Assembly (NCBI GenBank): GCA_965206595.1
Contig: OZ242214.1
Location: 4,992,001 to 5,056,000 of the forward strand
Length of the DNA: 64,000 bases
Reading direction: 5' to 3'
DNA from: Candidatus Latescibacterota bacterium
GTDB taxonomy: Bacteria > Latescibacterota > UBA2968 > UBA8231
The translations under genes were made by a program, and so were the position numbers. The notes beneath the pieces are model-generated. The model did not search any database. It was given only the letters and a program-made list of their open reading frames with translations, and was not told where the DNA came from. Shown here one piece after another: positions 19,833-29,906 of this stretch (position 1 is its first letter; each line of letters starts with the position of its first letter).

Positions 19833-21599
19833 GTGAAGGGAACGGACCGGGTCGTCACTCTTCTCCTTTTCGCGCTCGCCGCGCCGGATCTATCCGCTCT
19901 CCCGATTGCCCGGCCCAGAGCCCCGGCGGAATGGGAAGAAGTACAGGGGGTCATCCTGGGATGGTTCGAGGCGGACTTTCTCTGGCAGCAGTCCCAGGCA
20001 AGGGACTTCGGAGGCTGGACGGAAACGATAATCCGGGCCCGCCGCGAGTTCGTGGCAGAGCACGTCGAACTGGTGAGGGCTCTCCTGCAGACCGGGGTGG
20101 AGGTGTACATCCTCGACGATACGACGAATGCGTACAGCCTTGCGGATACGCTGGCCGAGCTCGGACTCCAAGCGCCGCAAATCCACGTCGTGCCGTTCTC
20201 CCAGTCGTACCGGGAAGACAGGATGTACAAGCCCTGGCTGAGGGACAACGGCCCGTTCTCGGTCTATCGGAACGAGGTGGAATCGCTGCAATTGCTCGGT
20301 TGGCAGAACGACGTCGGCGCCGAAATTGCGGCAACTTTTTTACAGAAGTCACTCCACAGGTTCGATACGGATGCAGGCTACTACACCGACGGGGGCAACT
20401 ACATTGTCGACGGTAGCGGGAGGCTGTTCTACGACTCCCGCTACCAGCCGGACAGCCCAGGGGCCCGTCAAACAGTGAGGAACATCTGGAAGGAGTCGTT
20501 CGGCATAGAAGAATTCGTCGAATTGCCGCCCTACCAGATACACCTCGATTACTACCTGAAACTCGTCAACGAAGAAACCTTTTTCGTCAGCGAAATCCCC
20601 GAATCGAACTATCTCGGCAAGGAAACGAGAAGCGACGATGGACAAAGAATCGAAGCCGCGGTGGAGACGATACGTGCCCGCACCTTGTCTCGTTCCGGCC
20701 GGCCGTACCGGTTCGTCCGCATCCCCAACAGTCCGTCCAGGACAGGCGCTGGCGAGACCGGCAGTTATGAAACCGTCGACGCGACCTACATCAACTCGCT
20801 GATAGTCAACACGACCGTCATTGTACCTACCTTCGGCCATCCGCCAGCTGATACAGCGGCAGTGCAACTGTATGAAAGACACATGCCGGGCTATCGCATC
20901 CTCGCCGTCCCCTCTTCCCGGTTTGCCGAGCGAGGAGGAGGAATCCACTGCGCGACCAGGGAGCTCTACGCCGCCGATCCCCTGCTGATCGCCCACGACC
21001 GGCTCCCCGATTCGGTGCCGCCGGCAGGGGAGTACGGAATCGATGCCCGCATACAATCGGCATCCGGTATTGCCGGTGCGGTTCTATACTGGAAGAAGGA
21101 GGGGGACGGACGCTTCGAGCAGGTGCCGATGGCCTTCCAACCTGAAAACCATTTCGAGGCATCCATTCCCGCGCAGGCCCCCGGCACGCGGGTGCAGTAT
21201 TTTGTCGAAGCAACCAGCAACGAGGGCAAGACCATGACCAAGCCGATGGTTGCCCCGGAATGGGCCTACAGCTTCACCGTCGTTGAAGAGGATGCAAGCA
21301 CCGAGGTGAGCAGCCCCGCTGCCGGGACCACCGCCAGGGAGATATCCCTCTCCCAGAACTTTCCGAATCCGTTCAATCACACAACCCGGATAGACTACTC
21401 CCTGCCGGAATCAGCCGAGGTGGAGATATCCGTCTACGACCTGGGCGGCCGCAGAATAGGGACCCTGGTCCGGGAGTTCGCGACCCGGGGGAAACACACC
21501 GTCAGGTGGGACGCATCCGGTCTGGCGACCGGCGTCTATTTGTACCGGATCAGGTCCGGCAACTTCGAGGACGTGAAGCCGGCCACGTTGATCAAGTGA
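19833..21599 (+). CDS. Secreted agmatine deiminase/peptidylarginine deiminase (PAD_porph family) with T9SS type-A-like C-terminal domain
   Basis: RAPAEWE, WLRDNGP, DGGN, HLD, TYINS and catalytic GGGIHCAT motifs; C-terminal SQNFPNPFN...WDASGLATGVYLY...TLIK; start uncertain. Confidence 0.85.
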   Translation: MKGTDRVVTLLLFALAAPDLSALPIARPRAPAEWEEVQGVILGWFEADFLWQQSQARDFGGWTETIIRARREFVAEHVELVRALLQTGVEVYILDDTTNAYSLADTLAELGLQAPQIHVVPFSQSYREDRMYKPWLRDNGPFSVYRNEVESLQLLGWQNDVGAEIAATFLQKSLHRFDTDAGYYTDGGNYIVDGSGRLFYDSRYQPDSPGARQTVRNIWKESFGIEEFVELPPYQIHLDYYLKLVNEETFFVSEIPESNYLGKETRSDDGQRIEAAVETIRARTLSRSGRPYRFVRIPNSPSRTGAGETGSYETVDATYINSLIVNTTVIVPTFGHPPADTAAVQLYERHMPGYRILAVPSSRFAERGGGIHCATRELYAADPLLIAHDRLPDSVPPAGEYGIDARIQSASGIAGAVLYWKKEGDGRFEQVPMAFQPENHFEASIPAQAPGTRVQYFVEATSNEGKTMTKPMVAPEWAYSFTVVEEDASTEVSSPAAGTTAREISLSQNFPNPFNHTTRIDYSLPESAEVEISVYDLGGRRIGTLVREFATRGKHTVRWDASGLATGVYLYRIRSGNFEDVKPATLIK

Positions 21600-21683
21600 G
21601 GAATGCCTGCTGTCTTAGGCACCGCTTCGTGCTGTTCAGCCGCCCTGAAATCGGGCGGGTTGCCCTCTGAAAGAGTGGCGCGC

Positions 21684-22343
21684 TCAACCGCCTGGGGGGC
21701 CGGTCTCAGGCGTCTTGCCAGGAGTTCGTTGACCGCTGTCGGAACTCCGGGGCTTGAGTTTCGATTTGCCCGCAAGGAATACCCACCTGGTGAAGCGAAA
21801 CCCCTGCTGCAGGATCAGGTCGATCAGGGCATCTTCCCTCCTTTCGCGGTAGAGGCCGAGCTCAACCTCCTCGCGATCCGGGGGCGGGATGGCCCACCTG
21901 GGAAAGGGGAACGGCATCCCAGCCCCCACCGAATCCGGGGCTGCCGTGAACACCGCAGGGATCGGCGCCGAGGAAACCACCCGGTCCCCCTCTACAAACA
22001 GGGATGACACCGCCAGCCTCGGAAGTGCGCCGCCCGTGCGGTTGATCTTCAGTCTCCCCCGGTCAGGATCGAGCCGCTCCCGGGCTGTCCATCCCGGCTT
22101 CTTCTCTTCAGCAGCTCCCTCTGCCGACCATTGCCACACCTGGTAGCCTGCAGCACCCGACACCCTCGCCCAGCTCATGGTCATCAGGCTTTCCGACAGA
22201 GTGCAGTACACAGCGGCCGGCGCCGGGACTCCTGCTTTGGTTCGGGAAATTTCTCCGGCCGGCTCCGCTTTTGCCCATGTCGTCGCCAGGGCGAGAAGCA
22301 GTCCGCTCCTTGCCAGCATGGCGTGCATCCCTCTGAGCTCCAT
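21684..22343 (-). CDS. Hypothetical secreted protein (FN3-like segment)
   Basis: Signal-like N-terminus; MSWARVSGAAGYQVW resembles FN3 strands; AAGGA RBS. Confidence 0.5.
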   Translation of the reverse strand: MELRGMHAMLARSGLLLALATTWAKAEPAGEISRTKAGVPAPAAVYCTLSESLMTMSWARVSGAAGYQVWQWSAEGAAEEKKPGWTARERLDPDRGRLKINRTGGALPRLAVSSLFVEGDRVVSSAPIPAVFTAAPDSVGAGMPFPFPRWAIPPPDREEVELGLYRERREDALIDLILQQGFRFTRWVFLAGKSKLKPRSSDSGQRTPGKTPETGPPGG

Positions 22344-22597
22344 GGTCCGCGTCCTTTTCCCGCCTTTCCTTAGCGCGTATGGTCAATATACATGATACAG
22401 GGAGCTGACCAACGAATGGATCAGTGGCATCCGATAACCCCGGGACTCCCACAGAAATCCAATCAACAGCAGCTGCTGCAGAAAGAAATACGCACCGCCA
22501 CCAGCCGTTGAAGGCACCTTCGCAGGCCACGCCCTACCTCCTCCAGACGGATGCAACGGATTATTTCAGGCCTTCCGCTTTCGTACCTTAAATCGTC

Positions 22598-25500
22598 GTG
22601 AGTCTTCTCCCCCGCAACCGCCTCCTCTCCGTGCGAGCGTCGCTCATCCCGCTCGCCCTGCTCTGTCCTTCCTTCTGCGCCGCTGCTCTCGAGCTGACTG
22701 AATCGCCGGCAGGCGATCTCATTCTGCGGCTGCGTCTCGACGTCCAGGAAGGAGGCCACCTGACGGCGACCGAAATCGGCGGCAGGCTCACCCACCAGCT
22801 TGCCTTTCCCGATCTGCCCGCCAGGCTGACCTCGCCTGCCGGCGTCGAGCTGCCTTTCGCCGCCCACCTGCTCGCAGCTCCTCCCGGGGCCGGCGTCGAG
22901 CTCGAGGTGCTGGAGGCTCGGTTCACGGAGCTCGAAGACATCCTGCTGCCGCCAGCCCCCCCGTCGGCTGAAATCAGCCGCCCTTCGGGTCTGGTCGAGT
23001 CCGAGTACCTCGGCATCCTGCGCGGTGTCGACGCTTACGGTCTACGACTGTTTCCGGTTTCGTACGACCCCGGACTGCAGCGGCTCTCGGTCTGCACCGA
23101 CCTGCGGGTAGCGGTCCGGTTTTCCGGGGGCGGGCGTTTCAAACCGGTCACGGGCGGGGACGGCGCCTCCCCGCTTTACGGCGCCTTCCTCAATCCGCCG
23201 GCCGGGATGCCGCCACGGGCCGCGGCCAAGCGCGCCCGTCTAGACGACCTCGGCGACTGGTACGACCCTGCCCTCCCGTGGGTCAAGGTGAAGGTCGAGC
23301 AGGACGGCGTCTTCCGCATCGACCGTCGCTGGCTCGCGGGACGGGCCGTCGATCCCGGGGAGATCGACCCCCGCACCTTGCGGCTTTTTCACCTCGGCAT
23401 CGAACAACCCCTGCAGGTCTTCGGGCAGGAGGATGGCTCGTTGGACGAGAACGACTACCTGCTTTTTGCCGGCCGCTTCCGCCGGGACAAGGCCGGGCAG
23501 GTGGGAGAAAAGGATTTCGAGAGCATCTACGGCCGCGAAAATCTCTACTGGCTGACCTGGGGCGGGGAGGAGGGACGGCGTTTCCGGCCGCAGTCCGCGG
23601 ACCCGGTTGCCGGATACCCCATCCGGCAGTGGTTCTGGGCCACCGCCCACTTCGAGCAGGACCAGTGGTTCCAGGTATTCGCGGATGCGCCTGACATCGA
23701 CCGCGATCACTGGTTCTGGAGGCGCCGCCCAATCCGGGGTCTCGATGTCGACACCCCCGGCTCCGCGGTGTTCACGGGAGACCTCGTCGCCCCCGCTTTC
23801 GGGGAGGAGTACAGCGCCCGGCTGCGGGTCGCCCTGCACGGACAGACCCCTGCCCACCACACCGTGCTCAAGCTGAACAACCACCACGTCGGGGACTATC
23901 TCTGGAAGGGACAGGTCGAGTTCGAGATCGAAGAGGAGATCTCCTCGACGTACATGAGGAGGGGAACCAACAGACTGCTGGTCCAGGCGTTCGCCAACGC
24001 CACGGAAGGGCGGGATCAGACGCTCTTCAACTTCTTCTCCATCGACTACCGCAGCCGCTACGTGGCCTGGCCCGGATACCTGCGCTTCACCCACGAGCCC
24101 TCGACGGGCACGCAGGTGGTTGTATTCGACTTTTGCCATCCGGAGATCCACCTGTTCGACAGCGCGCGCGAGATCGTTTTCTCCGGGCTGCGGATAGACA
24201 GTACCCGCGCCCCGCTCTATACCGCCGTTTTCGAAGACGCAAACCGGACGAAGGCGGAATACGTTATCGTCGACAGCGCCAGCATCCGTACTCCCGGCGG
24301 GGTCCTCGATTCACCTTCCCAGTTGCGAACGACCCATCCGGGAGCCGATTACCTGATCATCTCCCATGAAGACTTCCTCGACGCCGCGGAATTGCTGGCC
24401 GGCCATCGTCGGGAGAGCGGCCTTTCCGCCGAAATCGTCGACGTCGAGGACGTCTATGACGAGTTCTCGCACGGACTGAGGTTGCGCGAGGGGATCGGCG
24501 CCTTCATCTCCCACGCCTACCACAACTGGGAGCGGCCCCCGCAGTACGTGCTGTTGCTCGGGGACGCCACCTTCGACTACCGCAACCTCCAGGGCGGGGG
24601 ACAGCCCTGCTATGTTCCCACCCTCTACTACCATGCGCGCAGGCGCGGCCATTCACCCAGCGACTACCTCTTCAGCCTGGTCGACGGCGACGACCTCCTG
24701 CCGGATGTCGCGGTCGGCCGCCTCGCGGTCGAGAACGCCGCGGAAGCGGAGGGGGTGGTCGACAAGATTGTCCGCTACGACACCGAGCCTGCCCCGGGGG
24801 ACTGGCGCAGCCGCGTCATCTACTTGGCGAACCACCACCCCAAGGATGTGTTTACTCTGCCCAGCGACGAGCTTGCCTCCCGCTTCAGCGAGCCCTTCGG
24901 GTTGCAGTCGGTCAAGATCTACAACCCGGACGAGCAGCACCTCCCCAACCCGACGGGAAAGGCTTTTATCGACGAGTTCAACGCCGGAGCACTGCTGGTG
25001 AACTTCAACGGCCACGGCGCAGCCGGCACGATGCAGTACGTGTTCTCGCTGCAGTTCCCGGACTGGGACTACCTCTCGCAGGTCGACAACGGCCGTCGCC
25101 TGCCCCTGGTGACGGCCTTCTCCTGTCTCAACGGAATGTTCGTCAACCCGCACACCGAGGCCATCGGCGAGGTGTTCACCGATCGCCCCGATGGCGGCTC
25201 GATCGCCTACATCTCGGCGTCGGCGCAGAGCTTCACCTCGCAGAACGGTCTCCTCGGCCAGCATCTGTACGGACAGTTCTTCAACGACGGCACCCTCGCC
25301 TTCGGCCCGGCGCTGAACGCCGCCAAAGTCCAGGTCCTGGCCGCCCACCCCTCCTGGACAGCTTCCGCCCTGACCATGCAGCTGTTCGGCGACCCGGCGC
25401 AGGAGCTCGCCCTGCCGCGGCTGCCCGATTATCAGCCGCTTGAGCTCGCCGCGGGAGAAGAGCTGGTGAGCGGCGGCATCGTCCCGGTCTCCGCCGTGCT

Positions 25501-28123
25501 GGCCAACAACTCCCGCGCCACCGCCGACAGTCTCACCGTGCTCGTCGCCACCCGCGGAGACGCGACGGACGACACCCTCTACATCGAGCGCCTGGCCCCC
25601 TTTGCCGGCCGCCGCCGCCTCTCTTTCGATTGGCACATCGGCGAGGCCCGCGGCGAGCATCTGCTCGAGCTTCTCGTTGACCCGGACGACCTGGTGGCCG
25701 AGCTCGATGAAGACAACAACGCCGCCGCGATCGCCGTCGATATTCTGTCCCCCCTCGTTCCGGAGCTGCTGTTTCCACCTGCCGGAGCCGTGCTGCCGGC
25801 TGCGGCAGCGAGCTTCGAAGCGGTGATCGAAGGGCAGGGGGGGCAGGTCGAGTTCCAGCTTTCGACCAGCAGCGATTTCGTTGCCGGAAGCTCCACCCTG
25901 TCTCCGCAGGTCGACGCCGTCGATGGAGTCGCGGTTTTCGCCCCAACCCTCCCCGAAGGGACCTGGTTCTGGCGCGCCCGTGCCATGGACAGCTCATCTC
26001 CCGGCCCTTGGAGCGCTACCCGCTCACTTTGGCTCGGCGACGAAGCCGCGGCGCTTTCGGGGGAGAAGCAGCGCTGGCGACAGAACGCGGTGCAGATGGC
26101 CGGTGGCGGCCTCGAGCCTCTGGAGCTCGACGGGGAACTACTGCGGGTGACGCGCAGCTCCACGCCGCTCAGGCCGGGAAGCGCCACCCGGGAGGACGGG
26201 TACACTGTGCGCGGTCTCGATGGCGCCGGGGTGCTCGTTACCGACGGGACCTATCTGTATGCCAAGCGCTGGTACAACGACTCCTCGACCATCTATCCCG
26301 GCACCGACTTCTTCACCCGCATCGGCACCGGCCTTAACGGAACCGGGCGCACCCGCAACTACGGCACCTTCGGGGATTCGACCACGGGGGGCATCTCCGC
26401 CACCTTCCACAGCGACGGCTACATCTACAGCGAAAGCAGCCGCGCCTTCGAACTCGAGCGGATTTCCCTGGCAACCGGTCGCCTCGATACCGTGGCGGTG
26501 CCGGACGGCCTGCTCGAGTGGAAGTCCGGCAAGGTCGAGGACGGCCACTCCCTCATCACCTCCGACGGCGAGCTCGTCTACAACGTGGCGATGAGCGCCG
26601 CTTCAGGGACCCGCACTGCATGGGGCGTTCGCGTTTTCGATCCCGCCGACGAATGGCGGCTGCTGCGGGAGTTCACCTCGCCGCCGACGGAGAACGGCTT
26701 CACCTTCGAGTGGACGGACGGCATCCTCGCAGACGGCGAGCGCCTCTACTTCATCGAGTTCGGCGGACAGCGCCGCATTCGCATGGTAGACGCCTTTGAC
26801 GGGCGCTTCATCGACGAATGGATGAGCGACCAGGACACCACGCGCGTCATCTCGGGGCAGTACGACTGGATCAACAACAAGGCCTGGCTGGGAGATCTTT
26901 TGGGGTCGGCGGTCTTTCGCTACTCCGGGGCGGGCATCCCGGTTGCGGGGACCGCCCACAGCGGCCCCATCGGCCCTGCCGAGCGCTGGCACAGCATGAC
27001 CGTCGAGGGTTCCGGGGAGGTAACCACCGACGTTCAGGCAGCCGGCGAAGGCGGCGCCTGGGTGACGCTGCCGGGACTCTCCGGTCTCCTCCCGGGGACG
27101 GTCGATCTGTCGGCGATCGACGCGGTCGGGAATCCCGTGCTGCGTCTGCGCGCCACCCTGAACGACTCGACCCGGGAGGGTGCTTCCGCAGCCCTCGGCA
27201 GCTGGGAGGTGGTGTCGGTTCCAGCCCCCGACCTGCGGGCCGTGGCCGCCGCGGTGGACCAGGAGAATAGCCGTTTCGCCGTCGACCTGACCGTCCGCAA
27301 CCTCTCTCCCTTTGCCGTCTCCGGCGCCGTGGTCGAGCTGCTGTCCGGCGAGAGGGCGATAGCAGGGGCCACCCGGACACTGCCGGTCCTCGAGCGCGGG
27401 GCCGCCGGCCAGGTCCGCATCGAGCTCGACGAGCAGCCGGAAGATTTTCCCCTGTTCGCCCGCGTATCCATTGCCGGCCGGCCCGACGCCCACCCCGGCG
27501 ACAACATGATCCGCCTCCCGGTGGAGCCGAAGACCCTCCGTTTCTCTGCGCAGCAATGGCCGGACGGAGAACCGTTCCTGCACGGGGATCCGCTTCTGCC
27601 GGGCAGGGCGCTGATGATTCGCGCCCCCTACGTGGAATCGGGACGGATCCTCCTTGCGGTCGACGGAACGCCGCAGCAGCCTGACTCGGCGTTTGCCGCC
27701 TCCCCCGATTCCGGGGTGCGCGTGCTGTACCGGCCAGCGTTGCCATCGGGCCGGCACAAGGTGCAAGTGCGCCTGTTCAGCGGCGACAGGGAAGTCGGGT
27801 CGGAAATACTCGCTATCGTCGTTGCCGAGGAGCTGGCACTGGCCAACGTGCTGGTGCACCCGCACCCGGTCCGGGAGCGCACCGCCTTCACCTACGTGTT
27901 GTCGCACGAGGCGGAGGTGAGCGTCGAAGTTTTCAGTCTCAGCGGCAGGCGGGTTGTGCAGCTTGGACCGCAGCGGCAGGAGGCGGGGTTCGCACAGCTG
28001 GAATGGGACGGCAGGGACCGCGGCGGAAACCTCGTCGCCAACGGCACCTACCTCTACCTGATCGAGGCAGCCTCCGGGGAAAGACGCGTCCGGCAACGAG
28101 GGCCCCTGGTGATCGTCAGGTAG
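22598..28123 (+). CDS. C25 (gingipain/PorU-like) cysteine peptidase with propeptide, CARDB and FlgD-Ig C-terminal domain
   Basis: ADYLIISH, DVYDEFSHG, YVLLLGDA, PSDYLF, DVAVGRL, catalytic NGHG and FSCLNG, LFGDPA; VDPDDLVAELDEDNN (CARDB); WDGRDRGGNLVANGTYLY. Confidence 0.9.
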   Translation: MSLLPRNRLLSVRASLIPLALLCPSFCAAALELTESPAGDLILRLRLDVQEGGHLTATEIGGRLTHQLAFPDLPARLTSPAGVELPFAAHLLAAPPGAGVELEVLEARFTELEDILLPPAPPSAEISRPSGLVESEYLGILRGVDAYGLRLFPVSYDPGLQRLSVCTDLRVAVRFSGGGRFKPVTGGDGASPLYGAFLNPPAGMPPRAAAKRARLDDLGDWYDPALPWVKVKVEQDGVFRIDRRWLAGRAVDPGEIDPRTLRLFHLGIEQPLQVFGQEDGSLDENDYLLFAGRFRRDKAGQVGEKDFESIYGRENLYWLTWGGEEGRRFRPQSADPVAGYPIRQWFWATAHFEQDQWFQVFADAPDIDRDHWFWRRRPIRGLDVDTPGSAVFTGDLVAPAFGEEYSARLRVALHGQTPAHHTVLKLNNHHVGDYLWKGQVEFEIEEEISSTYMRRGTNRLLVQAFANATEGRDQTLFNFFSIDYRSRYVAWPGYLRFTHEPSTGTQVVVFDFCHPEIHLFDSAREIVFSGLRIDSTRAPLYTAVFEDANRTKAEYVIVDSASIRTPGGVLDSPSQLRTTHPGADYLIISHEDFLDAAELLAGHRRESGLSAEIVDVEDVYDEFSHGLRLREGIGAFISHAYHNWERPPQYVLLLGDATFDYRNLQGGGQPCYVPTLYYHARRRGHSPSDYLFSLVDGDDLLPDVAVGRLAVENAAEAEGVVDKIVRYDTEPAPGDWRSRVIYLANHHPKDVFTLPSDELASRFSEPFGLQSVKIYNPDEQHLPNPTGKAFIDEFNAGALLVNFNGHGAAGTMQYVFSLQFPDWDYLSQVDNGRRLPLVTAFSCLNGMFVNPHTEAIGEVFTDRPDGGSIAYISASAQSFTSQNGLLGQHLYGQFFNDGTLAFGPALNAAKVQVLAAHPSWTASALTMQLFGDPAQELALPRLPDYQPLELAAGEELVSGGIVPVSAVLANNSRATADSLTVLVATRGDATDDTLYIERLAPFAGRRRLSFDWHIGEARGEHLLELLVDPDDLVAELDEDNNAAAIAVDILSPLVPELLFPPAGAVLPAAAASFEAVIEGQGGQVEFQLSTSSDFVAGSSTLSPQVDAVDGVAVFAPTLPEGTWFWRARAMDSSSPGPWSATRSLWLGDEAAALSGEKQRWRQNAVQMAGGGLEPLELDGELLRVTRSSTPLRPGSATREDGYTVRGLDGAGVLVTDGTYLYAKRWYNDSSTIYPGTDFFTRIGTGLNGTGRTRNYGTFGDSTTGGISATFHSDGYIYSESSRAFELERISLATGRLDTVAVPDGLLEWKSGKVEDGHSLITSDGELVYNVAMSAASGTRTAWGVRVFDPADEWRLLREFTSPPTENGFTFEWTDGILADGERLYFIEFGGQRRIRMVDAFDGRFIDEWMSDQDTTRVISGQYDWINNKAWLGDLLGSAVFRYSGAGIPVAGTAHSGPIGPAERWHSMTVEGSGEVTTDVQAAGEGGAWVTLPGLSGLLPGTVDLSAIDAVGNPVLRLRATLNDSTREGASAALGSWEVVSVPAPDLRAVAAAVDQENSRFAVDLTVRNLSPFAVSGAVVELLSGERAIAGATRTLPVLERGAAGQVRIELDEQPEDFPLFARVSIAGRPDAHPGDNMIRLPVEPKTLRFSAQQWPDGEPFLHGDPLLPGRALMIRAPYVESGRILLAVDGTPQQPDSAFAASPDSGVRVLYRPALPSGRHKVQVRLFSGDREVGSEILAIVVAEELALANVLVHPHPVRERTAFTYVLSHEAEVSVEVFSLSGRRVVQLGPQRQEAGFAQLEWDGRDRGGNLVANGTYLYLIEAASGERRVRQRGPLVIVR

Positions 28124-28266
28124 CGATTCCGGACGCGGGTGCGGTCCGATGCCCCCAGGGGATGGCCGGGTGACGGGTGGGTATGGTGGCCTTTCAGGTC
28201 AGACGACCTGCAGGGTAATGGGACAAGGTGGCCGGCTGGATCCGTCCGCTCCCTGTCCACGGCGAC

Positions 28267-28857
28267 TCACCCTGTCAGTCGGTCGACCTGAGCGAGGATT
28301 TCATCCGGTGCCGGGCGGTCGGAGACGTTCTTCCCAACGTATCTCCATTCGATGTGGCCCCCGGGAGTAATGATGAAAACCGAAGGTGCCGCCAGGCTGT
28401 CGTTCAAAAGGTTGTAGATCCCGTAGTCCCTGGCCACCGCTTTGTCCTTGTCCGAAAGAATGGCAAATTCAGCGCCCGTCAGCTCCACCATTTCCAGCCC
28501 CTTGGCGGTGTTGTCGGTGCTGATGGCCGCCAGGGACACGTTCCGCTCCAGGAACCCGGGATACGCTTCTGCCAGCTGACCTAGCTGGACCTTGCACCCA
28601 CCTCAGAAGAATCCCCTGTAGAACACCAGTACCGCTGCGGCGCGGTTTTCTAGCAGATCGGACAGGGAAACGGAAGTCCCGTCCGCAGCAGGCAAGGTGA
28701 ACGCAGGCGCCCGGTCCCCCGCGGAGACCGCTTTGGAGTCGCAGCCGACGAGAGCGGCCAAGGCCGCGGCTGCCAAGAGCAGAGCCACCGCACCTGCGAA
28801 ACTACCGCGGTCCGGGAGACTCTCTTCTGGTTTTCGGTCCGGCCGTGTGTCGATCAC
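28267..28857 (-). CDS. Selenocysteine-containing peroxiredoxin-like (AhpC/TSA, redoxin) lipoprotein, UxxC
   Basis: ORFs 28603..28929 and 28267..28539 share one frame, separated only by TGA (28603-28605): APAFTLP...VLVFYRGFF-U-GGC-KVQLGQL...LAAISTD...FAILSD...PSVFII; lipobox LVGC; start approximate. Confidence 0.85.
28572..28588 (-). promoter_or_regulatory. Bacterial SECIS element
   Basis: CCAGCU-AGGUC-AGCUGG hairpin starting 15 nt 3' of the in-frame UGA; loop resembles the E. coli fdhF AGGUC loop. Confidence 0.75.
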
Positions 28858-28929
28858 GTCTTCGCTGCCCGGTTCCTGGTTGTCGAGGCCGATGTCACGG
28901 CGTTTTTCTGCCGGAGGCCTTGCGGCCAC

Positions 28930-29229
28930 TCAGCCGGAAGCCTGCCCGCGCACCGTCTCGATCTTGTCGTCGCGCTCCCTGAAAATCCTGTCCCGCATCT
29001 GGTTCATCTCTTCCTGAAGCTGGCGCTGGTGCTCGGCGAATGCCTGCGGGTCGGCCTCCTGGGCGAGCTTGGCGATCCGCTGTTTGAGGGCGATCTCCTG
29101 TTCCGCCCATTTAGCCTCGTATTCGTTCCTGATGGCGGCGATGGCGGCGAGCTGCTCTTCGCTCTGCTTCTGCTGATTGTCGACCAGCTTTTCGGTCTTC
29201 GCCATCGCGAGCTCGATTGCAGATTTCAT
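28930..29229 (-). CDS. Small coiled-coil hypothetical protein
   Basis: ATG 29229 with AAGGAG RBS; MKSAIELAMAKT..., helical and charged. Confidence 0.75.
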   Translation of the reverse strand: MKSAIELAMAKTEKLVDNQQKQSEEQLAAIAAIRNEYEAKWAEQEIALKQRIAKLAQEADPQAFAEHQRQLQEEMNQMRDRIFRERDDKIETVRGQASG

Positions 29230-29450
29230 TTCAGACTCCTTTGCAGCGGGTCGGGCCGGGGATACCTTGCAGAATGGATGGCGCCGGACGCAAGTTCGCG
29301 GCCGCTCCGGATCGGAGAGAGCTTCGGGAGTCGGAAAAAAACCTCGGCCTGTAGGCAGCGGTACATGGACTCCGTTGGGAACTGCGGGTGCCGCAAAATA
29401 CGGGAGCGCAGATGAGCGCACAACAGACCTGAAACAGAGGAGACAGGCAA

Positions 29451-29903
29451 ATGTCGAAGCAGTGGAACGTGTACCTCGCCGGGGAAATCCACAGCGACTG
29501 GCGAGAGCGGATCATCTGCGCCGCGGCGCAGAGGCAGCTTCCGGTATCCTTCACCGCCCCGGTAACCGATCACGCCGCCAGCGACAACTGCGGCGTCGAA
29601 ATTCTAGGCCCCGAGGAATCCGGGTTCTGGAAGGATCAGAAGGGGGCTCGAATGAACGCCATTCGCACCCGCACCCTGATTCGGGACGCCGATGCTGTAG
29701 TGGTCCGCTTCGGCGGCACCTACCGGCAATGGAATGCGGCCTTCGACGCCGGCTTCGCCTCCGCCCTGGGCAAGGCGATCATCGTCATGCACGACGCCGA
29801 CATCGCCCACGCCCTCAAGGAGGTGGATGCAGCGGCGCTCGCCGTGGCGGAGACGACCGGGCAGGTGGTCGAGCTGCTCGCCTACGTCACTCGGGAAGGA
29901 TGA
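29451..29903 (+). CDS. ytoQ: YtoQ family (nucleoside 2-deoxyribosyltransferase-like) protein
   Basis: VYLAGEIHSDWRE, HAASDNCG, YRQWNAAFDAG and HALKEVD motifs; GAGGAG RBS. Confidence 0.9.
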   Translation: MSKQWNVYLAGEIHSDWRERIICAAAQRQLPVSFTAPVTDHAASDNCGVEILGPEESGFWKDQKGARMNAIRTRTLIRDADAVVVRFGGTYRQWNAAFDAGFASALGKAIIVMHDADIAHALKEVDAAALAVAETTGQVVELLAYVTREG

Positions 29904-29906
29904 TGC

